Source of the DNA: Antedon mediterranea
Lineage: Eukaryota > Animalia > Echinodermata
Assembly: GCF_964355755.1 (NCBI RefSeq)
Contig: NC_092671.1
Location: 4,340,001-4,404,000 of the forward strand
Reading direction: 5' to 3'
DNA: 64,000 nt
A model generated the notes under the pieces. The model searched no databases. It was not told where the DNA came from and saw only the letters and a program-made list of their open reading frames with translations. Position numbers and translations under genes: made by a program. Shown in pieces: positions 53,233-64,000 of the stretch; position 1 is the first letter of the stretch, and each line of letters opens with the position of its first letter.

Positions 53233-55420
53233 TTAAGACTTTGCAAAAGATTGACCCTTGCAATAACCGAGTATAAAAAGCTTACGAAATTCATCTTCTG
53301 TGTGCATGTGTGCAACTGGTAATGTTAAGTCTCTGCTACAAGCACCAACCAATGGGAAGCATACTGTATGCTTTGGGTTTCGCAATAGACATTCATGGTC
53401 GAATCTTACAGTTATAGATGGTCTTTCTCTTCCCATGACATGCTTCTGTCTCTGACCAGTCAGCCATCCCATAACACCTGCTACACTGAGTTTAGGGTTT
53501 TCAAATTCTGCGTCTTCAGAACAACGGCCTTCTTCATTGTCCACATTCCATGTCACAGAAGCATGATAGCCGGTCATATCAGTGTCTTCTAAAGACATCA
53601 ACAAATCTTGAAAGTAATCCATAATAGATTCTTCACGAGTGCGCTTCGACGATCCTTGCTCCGAGTGAATGGGTTCTATTAAAGAAAAAAGATAGTTTGC
53701 ATCTGGCTCAAGGTTCTTTTTGAACTCTGAAACAAACAAGCTTGCACAAGCATCTGGATAAGCTGATATAATTTGCTGCAAATCATACCTATCAAAACCG
53801 CGCTTGAATTCATTCATGCACAAAGTACGTTTACCCACAAACGCGACTTTAACTGACTTTAAGATATCCTCTACATTTTTTTCACCAATTATCCCTGTAT
53901 AACCATGCTCCAAAATTGTGTCAACATGGGCATGACAGTCATTTCTGATTTTACTTAGAGTATCTAGTTCATAGGCAGTTAAGTCTTCATCTTTTATATC
54001 CTGCAAATCAACATCTGCATATAAACACCTGTATGCACATCGATCGAGAAAACATGAGATAGGACCACCCTGCGCTATTGAAACGGAGACTATTTCTCCG
54101 CAAGTGCGGAAATTGCCATTTTGGATTTGGTTGGTTGAATACAAAGGGCTTCCATATGGAAACATCTGTGCAGCGATGGCATCTAAAGTATTTTCCAAAA
54201 ATTCCATCGACATTGCCCCAGAGTCGATTCCTTCTTCGCCGCTAAATTTTACCCTAAATTGCGACATGATATCTGACTTTTTTGATTCCCGTTGCCACAG
54301 AAAAAGTTGTCTGTTAAGTGGAGCATTTCTTCTGCATATCAAAAAAAATTGTTTACTTGAATCAATTCTTGTATTTAACTGCGCGCATACATCTTTCGCT
54401 GATGTCACAACTTGAAGATTTTGCACGGCAGTTAAGGCTGGTTGTGTCAAATTGACAAAACTATCTTTCTTCACTTCTGACTGTATGTTTTCATCTCCTT
54501 CATCATTTTCCTTTATATCAAATGATTCTCTAACGTACCCTTCTTCATGTTGGTTCAGGTCAAATAGATTTTCATTATTTACATTATCATTATCATTTTC
54601 CTCACTGTCATCACTTCCTCCTTCAAATGATTTAAAGTCGTCCTCATGACATACATAAAGAATTATTCTCTTGAAATCCCTTCCAAGTTTGTTTTTGTAT
54701 TTTTCTAGTTGAAAGAATTCTTTGTAATTTCCTGGTATAAATCGAGCGTAGCTGTTATCTTTGTAAAGTAAAACATAGCTGCTTTTGCTGTCAAACTCTC
54801 TATCGAAAGCAGCCAATTTTTCAATAGCCCTTTCAAGAACAATCGGATATGTGGCCGCCTTGGGCAACCTAATCGGTAGTCGTTTCCCTCTAGCAGCTTT
54901 GAGCATTCCGTTTTTTAACTGCTTAAACCCAATGTTAATTGTTACTTCTTCATCTAATTTTCTTGACTTTTTCCTTGGCATTGTGACATTCTCTTTTGAT
55001 GTTTTAGCTTTTAAAAATTTATCAAATGACATAATGCTCCTTTTCATACTGGTGGTATCTGTCTGAGAAGTCGAAATACTAGTGGAGCAGGTGGGAGATT
55101 GAGATTCAACTTCATTTGACAATTTTGGTGAGCAGTCAGATGGTCGCAATTTTGTTTGGTTGCCTTTACATGACCAACAAAATTTTGATATCACTAGAAC
55201 CTTTGCTCCACACTCACTACAGTATCTGGAAAATAGAATAATGCATGTACTGTTAAAGTTGGTGTGGTGATGGACATCAAACACAAACCCTCATACGATT
55301 GTCACTACTTACAGTACAGGTAGATTTGCAAGGGCAATTTATTTATACTGTACTCTATAAGTAAACTTACACAATATCTATATCCTTTTCACGGCCTCCT
55401 CCTCCATCACGTTCAGCCAT
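53233..55420 (-). CDS. Zinc-ribbon plus HECT-domain (G2E3-like) E3 ubiquitin-ligase-like protein, about 680 aa; coding exons 55420-55371 and 55225-53233
   Basis: HECT-like motifs VKFSGEEGIDSGAMSMEF, FRTCGEIVSVSIAQGGP, MGWLTG, FPLVGACSRDLTLP (Cys at 53338-53340) and terminal SFAKS; N-terminal CSEC..FCWSC. A 145-bp GTAAGT...TTTTCCAG intron joins MAERDGGGGREKDIDIV to YCSEC in frame. Confidence 0.8.
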
Positions 55421-55884
55421 TTTTTGGTCTACTTGTTCTAAAAGGAATTTAAGCACAAATATCATGTATAAAATATAGTCAAACAATCGTAATTAAATGA
55501 AACAAGTGAGAGAGAAAGAGTTACTTTCCGTGCTGGCCTAGAAAACACATAAGCCTACCGACTGTATGCAAGCTCAATGTCATACATATTATGTTATACA
55601 TAACATTAATTTGCACTATCAAAAAAATAATAGTTAATACTATATAATATTTGTCATAAAATAACTATAATTCAAGGCTAATCGTTAATATACCAAGTAT
55701 CAATTCCAAAACTATCTACTATCCTATAATTATTATAGGATAGATAGTTTTATAATAATAATACTAATAGGCCTATAGGCCTACAACTACAATAAAATCT
55801 AGGCCTATACCCACCTAGCTGCGGCTGCTAATAGCTAAGTCTAGCCTATATGGCCTAGCCGACGATCAGTGGCGCGAGTAAATT

Positions 55885-56512
55885 CGCTATGCCTAGCTAG
55901 GCCTACTAGTTTTACTAGGCCTAATGCCTGTAGTACTAGCTAGGACTGTAACAGTAGCTAGCCTAGGCCTACTTACTGTAAAAAAAACTTAATTGTTTAA
56001 TATAAAAAACATATTACTGTAAATATATTAAAACATTGTAGAATGTAGGGTCTAGACCTACCTTATAAAGCCTAGGCCTAGTAGGGTCTAGCCCGGCATA
56101 GAGAGTTCAAGAAGAGTGCAATAAACACGTGCGTACTGTAAATTAATATATTATTTACATCAATACACAAATATTAATTACTTACCTCAGAAAAAATCGA
56201 AGATTCCAGGGGTTTCACTTCCGCCGTGGTAACTCATTTCCGCCGTGGCTTTCTGTAATTTGCCGTGGTGTTTCATTACTAATTTGCCGTGGCGTTTCAA
56301 TACTAATTTGCCGTGGTGTTTCATTTTTAAGTTGCCGTGGTATTTTTGTTAAATTGCCGTGATGTTTTATTTTTCATTTGCCGTGATGTTTTATTTTTAA
56401 TTTGCCGTGGCTTTTTTCAAATTGCCGTGGCTTTTTTCAAATTGCCGTGGCTTTTTTTGAAAATTGCCGTGATATATTTTTAAACTTGCCGTGACACTTA
56501 TAGGCCACCGTA
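55885..56512 (-). repeat. Right TIR with (TT)GCCGTG array
   Basis: Reverse complement of 49848-50510; highly similar over the outer ~345 bp. Confidence 0.9.
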
Positions 56513-57772
56513 AATATCTAATGCGTACTGTAATATTAATTAATTAGGGTAACATTTAGAGGTCAAATTTGTGTGTCAAAAGTGCGTCTTATACACCGAA
56601 ATATACGGTAGGCCTACGTACACGTACCAATTTAACTCAGCACCATTTTTATTCAAGTTTACACAGTGGTTTAATGAAATATATTTCCAGGAAAAAAATT
56701 AAAATCCCCAAAAAGATTGAACTGACTGAACGTGATCTTGTGCGTTCCGAAAAGCCCGGCCGAAGCACGCGATTGGTCAGTCCATTTTTCTGTCATATTT
56801 ATAACCATCATCTCTCAACAATCTCTCGATCTCACGCTCAGCAGTGACATTGACATCGGACAATCTGTATATTCGATCGATTTAAACATAGTCAATTTAT
56901 AGAAGTAAAATGACCAAAAAATCTGCTATAATTGATAATTAATTGCACGATTTTGGAAGTGGGGCCTTTGTTTTTCAAGGGGGTTCGCTGGTAAAAGGGG
57001 GGTTCGCGCAAAAGGGGGGTTCGCCCGAACCCCCAAAAACCCCCCTGGCTACGGGCCTGATCACTGTCCTATCATATCAGAGAGGTGGTAATCCTCCTGA
57101 TTCAACGGGTGCACCGGGGTAACCCCCTACAGGTCTCGAATGATGAACTGGGTTCAAAGTGCACACAGGTTATAACTGTGTACACTGAACGGTTTATAGT
57201 CCTTATCCAAAAAGACTTGTTCCACCACCAGTAGGAGCGAACCCATGCCGATGGTGCCGGCTCTTTAGGTAACCGTTCGGCCATTTGACTCGCGGATGCA
57301 TAAAATTACTTACTTCTATAACACATACAGCATATTATTTAAAAACATTAAAAAAAAATAAGATTAAACATATATAATTACAAAATAAAAAATGCTGATT
57401 TTAAATAAATGCTGATTTTGAAATTATAAGTAAATCTTATTGCAACAAATTGAAACTTTAAATGAAAATCATAACAAATAGACGACATATAAATAATTAT
57501 AATTTGATAAATATCAGTTTCGAGGCATTTCATAACATCCGACCCAAAGATGCCATCGCATGATCCTCGTAGAAAAATATAATAATAATTAATTGTTTGT
57601 ACGCTTTAAAGCTTCTTTATATGGATAGTTTTGATTACCTTATTTCCGGGCGAAAGGAACAATAAAGTATTGTTATTTTTCACCAATTTGTATTTACTTC
57701 TTATACTTCCTTATCATATATGATTTGCCAGATGTAAACAAATCTTAAGATGAGAGTATGAAATTTGTTTCA

Positions 57773-57857
57773 TTTTTAGTCGCGTGCAACGCAACTCTAT
57801 AGCTCACTAACTCAAATTTGCGCACGCGACTGGGCCAGCCATGTATATGGCCTTGTT
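57773..57857 (+). mobile_element. DINE-1/HINE-like (Helentron-associated) miniature element
   Basis: Lies in a T run; sub-terminal inverted repeat AGTCGCGTGC / GCACGCGACT; 3' hairpin GCCAT..ATGGC then TTGTT; absent at the paralogous site near 1765. Confidence 0.55.
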
Positions 57858-58446
57858 TTTTTACACTTACCTCACTTCATTAACAGAAATATAATTGAGA
57901 ATTTGTATTATATAAAAAGAAAGAGAAAAACCACTGAATTGATGAATATAATTGTTTTGATAATTGACAAACAAAAAGAAAAAAGTAATCAATAAGATTT
58001 GCCTTTTTCGCATAATATAAAAAGAGAACTAATTATTTTGCTGTTACTGCCACTTATACTATATAATATGTATTATTTTCTATTATTGTACTTGGGCTAG
58101 TGGCCTACATTATTGAATACATGAATGTTTGAAGCATAATACATCACAGAAGCTATTACCTCATTTCCGCTATGTAGAAACAATCAAGTAGGCCTACTAT
58201 TGAACATGATACTCGCTTTTCATTTCTTCGAAAAAGATTTATAATACATTGTTTGTACGTTGTTAAAGCTTCCTTATATGGATATTTTGTAAACAGATAG
58301 GCCTACATCACCAGACTTTGATTATTACCTAATTTCCGCTATAACCTAATGTCTGGAAAGAAAATTAAGTACTGCTATGTTTTGCCAATTTTTATCTATA
58401 GGCTTATATAAATTATGCTTTTTTCTGGAATAGGTAGACACAATGT

Positions 58447-61400
58447 AGTTTAAATGTACGGGGGCTTAGAAACCCTTTTAAACGCAGCACCGTATTTAAT
58501 TGGCTAAGGGATCAACCCTTCTCCATATATCTCCTACAAGAAACCCACTGCACACATGAGCTGGAAACTGCGTGGCGTAATGACTGGGGTTCTGAGATTA
58601 AATTTAGCAATGGAAAGAATAATTCGGCTGGAGTCTGTATTCTTTTAAAATTAAATGTCAGCTACAAAATAGGAAACATATACAATGATCAAAATGGGAA
58701 ATTTATTATTATGAATATACAAATAGAGGATAAACATATTACAATTGCAAATTTATATGGTCCAAATGATGACAACAGTTTCTTTTTTGAACAATTTAAT
58801 AATAAAATTGAGGAGTTCGCACAGTACTCTCTAATAATAGGCGGAGATTTTAATACAATACTTGAACCTGATCTGGATAAGAAAAATGGAAGAGGTCAAA
58901 TTCACCCGAGATCTGTAGAACAAATAAATAGTATAAAAGACAATTATAATTTAATTGACATCTGGAGACAGGAAAATCCAACTAAAACCCAATTTACATG
59001 GCACTCCAATCAATCTCCAAAAGTGTTCTGTAGGTTAGATTATTTTCTTATATCCTATGAACTTTGAAAAAACTTTAATATCACCGGGTTTTAAAAGTGA
59101 CCATTCATTGATTACGTTATCAATACATGGAATAACAAGCAAACGAGGGTCAGGTTTCTGGAAACTGAATACAAGCCTTTTAAGTGACCCACAATACGTT
59201 AAAGAAATTAAAGAAACCATAAAAAACACAAAAGAAGAATGTTTAGAAAATAACCCACATACTGTATGGGAAATGATAAAATGTAATACAAGGAGAACAT
59301 CAATGTCGTATTCTGGTAGACTAAATAAAACAATTAAAAAAGACGCGGATCGATTAAACAATGAAATCAAAACCTTAGAAGAGCAATATTGCGTAAACAG
59401 TAATGAAAAAATAACCGAAATGATCCAAATTAAAAGAAACGAACTAGAATCAATCTATGAAATTAGAACACGTGGCTCACTGATTCGATCCAAAGCCCGT
59501 TGGATAGAAGAAGGAGAAAAAAGCACGAAATATTTTCTTAATTTAGAGAGGAGGAATTATAATAAAAAGCATATAACTAAAATTACAACAGATAATGGAG
59601 ACATAACTAACCCCGACGATATAATAAATGAAGAAAAACGATTCTATGAATCATTATATAGTTTTGAAGGCGAAAATAACAATGTCAACCCTGCTGATAT
59701 TTTTGACAAGATACACATAGATAAAATCAATAAAGATGATGAATCTATATGTGACCAGCCCCTTAGAGATACAGAATGTTTAGAAGCATTAAAGGCGATG
59801 GATAACAATAAAACCCCTGGGACAGATGGTTTTCCTGCCGAGTTTTATAAACTATTTTGGAATGATATAAAAGATACGCTAATTAACGCTTACCATTATT
59901 CTTTCCAATCCGGGTTTTTAAGTATCTCCCAGAAACGAGGGGTGATATCACTTATACCGAAAAAAGATAAATCTCCGCTATTATTGAAAAACTGGCGTCC
60001 CATCTCGCTTTTAAATGTGGATTATAAAATTTTAGCAAAAGCCATTGCGACTCGTTTAAAATGTGTGCTGCCATCAGTAATTAATCCTGATCAAACGGGC
60101 TTTCTTAAAGGCAGATATATTGGAGAAAACATAAGATTAGTCTATGATGTAATAAAATATGCAGAAATGCACAACAAGCCAAACTTACTATTTTTTGTAG
60201 ATTTTGAAAAGGCTTTCGATAAGGTGAAATGGGACTTCCTTGATATGTCTCTTAAGAGATTTGGCTTTGGTAAAAATATGATAAATTGGATAAAAATATT
60301 ATATAAAGACATTGTTAGTTGCGTTATAAATAACGGGGTAACATCAAAATTCTTCAATTTAAAACGAGGCCTGCGTCAAGGATGTCCCTTATCCCCATAT
60401 CTTTTTATAATTTGTGCAGAAACACTAGGTAACATGGTACGTCAATCAGACACATTTAAAGGTATAGAGTACAATAATGTAGACATAAGAATTAGCCAAT
60501 TTGCAGATGACACTGTGTTTTTTCTCAAAGACCAAAACTCAATTAAACCGATTATAGATATACTGGATGAATTTTCTATATATTCTGGACTCAGAATTAA
60601 TTATGAAAAAAGTAACATTATGAGAATAGGATCGTTAAGAAACTGCGACTATAAAACGCCATCTGAGAAAAGTATTTCATGGACCAAAGGCCCAGTAAAA
60701 TACTTGGGTGTCAATATTTCTTGTAATTTTAATGATATTTTCAGACTCAATTTTCCAGATAAGGCTAAAAATGCTGAACAAGTATTAAATATGTGGAAAC
60801 AACGCTCACTTACTCTGTTTGGAAAAGCAACTATTATTAAGTCACTGTTTCTCCCGATATTCACGTATGTTTTCTCAAATTTACCAGACCCACCCGATTG
60901 TTTCCTTCAAGATATTCAAAGTAAAATTTTTAAATTTATATGGAACGGAAAACCCGATAAAGTCAAAAGAAAAGTCATGCTTAACAATTTTGACGAAGGA
61001 GGGTTAAAAATTCCCCATATTAAGAGTTACTGTACATCTCTCAAATCATGTTGGGTGAAAAGATATCTTGATGGAAATCAATCCAAGTGGAAAGTGTTTT
61101 TAAAAAGTAAGATTAAAGAGGTTGGAGGAAATATTGTTTTCGAAACCAACTTTTCTAAATCTTCAAAAATATTAAAACAATTTGAAAGGTTCCATAAAGA
61201 TATACTCTCTGCGTGGAGTGAATACAATTTTGTAGAACCGTATACGATAGAGGACATCTTAAATCAATCTTTATGGAACAACTCATGTTTTGATAAAAGA
61301 GAATTTAAAGTTGAAAAAAATTGGTTGGTTAAAAATGTAAACTATGTAAAAGATATCGTGAACAAAGAAGGGAAAATATTAGAACTAGACGAATTTAACC

Positions 61401-62086
61401 AAAAATATAATTTTAAACCAGACTTCTTATTATATCACCAGATTGTAAATTCAATTCCAAAGCTCTGGAAACAGAAATTAATTGAACAAGGTATAAACAC
61501 AACTAATGAAGTTGAATCCAAATTACAGACATTCATTTCTGTGAAAACGAGAAATTGTCATTATATCTATAAACACATTATATTAAAAAATGTTGAAGAG
61601 CCAATTGGAATTGAATCCAAATGGGAAAAGGAGTTTGACAACAAACTTAATTGGAAAAACCTTTTCTCAAATTTACACGCCTGTACAAATGACACTAAGC
61701 TAAAAAATTTTCAATTTAAATTTATTCATCGTATAATTTATACAAATACAATGCTCTTTAAGATGTCAAAGGTCGATTCACCAATGTGTAGTTTTTGCAA
61801 GGAAAAGCAGGAAACACTGCTACATATGTTCTTTGAATGTGATCTGGTAAAGAACATTTGGGAAAATGTAAAACAATATATGTATCGAAATATCAACAAT
61901 AACTTAATTATCACCAAAGAAAGTATATGTTTTGGTTTTGGAAAAACACACAGTGATGCAAACATTTTAATTTTAATTACAAAGTGGTACATATTTAGTT
62001 GCAAAATCAAAAAACAATTACTTAATTATAATCATTTATTTCACATTTACCAAAAATACAAGGCAACCATATTATTAGCAAAATGA
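58447..62086 (+). pseudogene. LINE ORF2 (APE, RT, Zn finger) with one frameshift near 59060
   Basis: LNVRGL, LQETH, GGDFN, RLDY and SDH (APE); NWRPISLL, GLRQGCPLS and QFADD (RT); CSFC..ETLLHMFFEC. No start codon retained. Confidence 0.92.
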
Positions 62087-62230
62087 TTATTATTAAGTGT
62101 ATTTTTGCGATACATTATTTTTTTTTTCTTTAATTTCATTACTCTCTTATTTTTGAGAGAGTATTATATCGTTTTAATTGTTACGTTGCCTTTATATATT
62201 AATTTTGTATTATGTATGTGATGAAATGAA

Positions 62231-62260
<30 letters not shown>
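58448..62260 (+). mobile_element. Tx1/L1-clade LINE, 5'-truncated at the start of ORF2
   Basis: TSD AGACACAATGTA at 58436-58447 and 62261-62272; poly(A) of about 28 nt. Confidence 0.95.
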
Positions 62261-62263
<3 letters not shown>

Positions 62264-64000
62264 CACAATGTAAAACGCTTGTCACCAACTCCGTGTCGGT
62301 TAATCTCCCTTCTGATGTGTACCGCGTTACGTAGGCCTATATTCTACAACATTTTAGCAGGCCTTTACAATGTTCCATATTTCTCTCTTAGGAAGATATC
62401 ATGTAGGTTTTAAAACGAAATGTTGGATTTCATCGGTAGATGTTTAATCGTCGGCGCGGTAACGTTAGTTCCGGATTCGGTGATTCAATACGTTGCGACT
62501 TCCTGGTTTCAACTAAGTTGGCCGTTGGTGGCAAAAGCCTTTTTAGCTTTTTTGTTTATTTTCGGACCGCGAGATAATCCGGGAGCCCATAAAGATTTGT
62601 TTGCGAGTACCGTAAAAGGTATGAGGCATAGAATATGTCAAGTAGGGTCCAGGGACCATCAAAGGGCCTTTCTTAAGTTTCCGCCCCTGTACCAACTCTA
62701 TTAAGGGCGTTCAAAATACCCCAACATTTAAATTAAGTAGCATAATCGAGTACATACATGATGAAACCACTGTTAAAATACCAAATCATGTACCATTACC
62801 CTTTAAGAAAGGGTCAAAGGTCAGTTTCTGTTGCAAATAAACTTTATTATGCATAATTAGTAGCCCTAAACTTGTGAAGAAAATAATAAATAATTTTTTG
62901 TCTAATAAAGATTTATCTTTACCGGGCGTTTGTATACAAATAATGCACAAGTCAGAGTGCGTTAGTGAGATGTGGCGCACTTGAGGGTATTTACAATATT
63001 GCGACATGCACGAAATTTGTGTTATTTATTGTTATTTGTTAACTATTAGCATGGTGGTAATATTATCAAGAAGTGATTGTACGATAGATCGTTATTAAAT
63101 ATTTTCTATGAACTATTCTTTCTATTCATTGTGACTTCTTTAGTCTGTAACAACAGCTCGTGTGAGGGCGGGTATTCATGCTCTGCTAAAAGTGTTACAA
63201 ATTTCCAACGAATCGTTCTAACATATTTATTTTTTTATACATATATTAAACTAGAAATTGCATAGTGCAAGTGAATGCTGCCAGCAGATCTCTGAGCATT
63301 TCGTCCCGTATACAGTATCTTTTGTTATATAAAAACGATTATTACAAACTGCATCCTTGGTAATTGATTGCAAAATAAATGATGAATAATTTATAATCTT
63401 TCTTTAGTAGCTACTGTAAACGATTAATCTAAATTAATTAATTTAATTAAAACGTATTTGGTAAGAAATGCATTTCATATCTATACAGTATGTAAATTAT
63501 TATTCTGAAATATGCGACCACTTAAAATAGACGTATACAATATTCAATTTCAACATTTAACAGCTAGCTATAGCCAAATTCGCTACATCTACGTACACTA
63601 TTTTCGCGTTTAATTATTAGGCCTATAACGCTAAACATTTTTATTATTATGTTCGTCGATACCCAAAGCGATCATAATTTAAAATCATGTACTTTCCAGA
63701 GGTTCCAAAAAAAAAACCCCGAAATTTCGGGTAAACAATAGAGGGCGTGCTATAATAATTTATAATTATATAGAGGGCGCTATATAAGTTAATAGTAAGT
63801 TATACAACAAATCTCGAGCGTACATCAAATTGACTAGGTCTACCTACCTATTTTCATTAATAAACAATGGGTAATATCAGACACCTTTCAAGCGCGGTAT
63901 TGGCCTAGAATAGCTCAACTGACGAGCGCTACTAGAGATTACAAGGTCAGATGAGCCCAGGGTCATACGTTAACGTTCATATATCTGTTGACGAGTAACA

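Larger units (their letters stand above)
49848..56512. mobile_element. IS3EU-type DNA transposon with transposase and HECT-like cargo gene
   Basis: Termini TACGGTGGCCTATAAGTGTCACGGCAA and its reverse complement; 6-bp TSD AATATC at 49842-49847 and 56513-56518; ~650-bp imperfect TIRs; two convergent genes. Confidence 0.9.
49049..56608. mobile_element. Tc1/mariner-pogo-type MITE, about 890 bp without the nested insert
   Basis: 27-bp TIR CCGTATATTTCGGTGTAYAAGWCGCAC with 2 mismatches; TA on both sides. Confidence 0.85.
48697..57059. mobile_element. Non-autonomous TIR element (hAT-like ends, 5-bp TSD), about 800 bp without nested inserts
   Basis: TIR CAGGCCCGTAGCCAG / CTGGCTACGGGCCTG; TSD ATCAC at 48692-48696 and 57060-57064; subterminal GGGGGTTCG repeats. 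Confidence 0.85.
48645..57291 (-). mobile_element. Meta-type SINE split in two (48645-48696 and 57060-57291) by nested transposons
   Basis: TATAATCAC and ACTGTCCTATC, contiguous in the other SINE copies, flank the insertion. Confidence 0.75.

Noticed and set aside
55226-55284. ORF-track N-terminus MFDVHHH... of the HECT protein
   Set aside because: GTG start inside a predicted intron; an upstream ATG exon splices in frame.
2130-62272. Shared target specificity of the two Tx1 insertions
   Set aside because: The TSDs share only ACAAT at different offsets, and the elements belong to different families.
62420-63265. Short ORFs after the last LINE
   Set aside because: No recognisable motifs or supported exon structure.
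63895-63975. tRNA-like or SINE head (TAGCTCAACTG...)
   Set aside because: Only an A-box-like stretch; no convincing B-box or cloverleaf, and it is at the window edge.

Overview
AT-rich eukaryotic DNA, most likely a marine invertebrate deuterostome such as an echinoderm (inferred from the GPCR type, SINE type and TE content). The backbone is a minus-strand tandem array of class A (rhodopsin-like) GPCR genes with single-exon coding regions: three near-identical type-A copies (one cut by the window edge), one intact diverged paralog and three pseudogenes, including a very recent 13,094-bp duplication. The array is full of insertions whose ends can be mapped against empty paralogous sites: Tx1/L1 LINEs, a CR1/L2-group LINE encoding a 2A-like peptide, an internally deleted Gypsy element with a tRNA-Pro PBS, a non-coding Ngaro/PAT-like element with split direct repeats, Helitrons, Kolobok-like and pogo-like MITEs, and tRNA-derived Meta-type SINEs. 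The most striking object is a 6.7-kb IS3EU-type DNA transposon (49848-56512, 6-bp TSD, ~650-bp TIRs). It carries a DDE transposase and, convergently, an intact spliced gene for a zinc-ribbon plus HECT E3 ubiquitin-ligase-like protein. Both genes appear to start from mirror-image first exons inside the TIRs. All family assignments come from motif recognition by eye; no searches were run.
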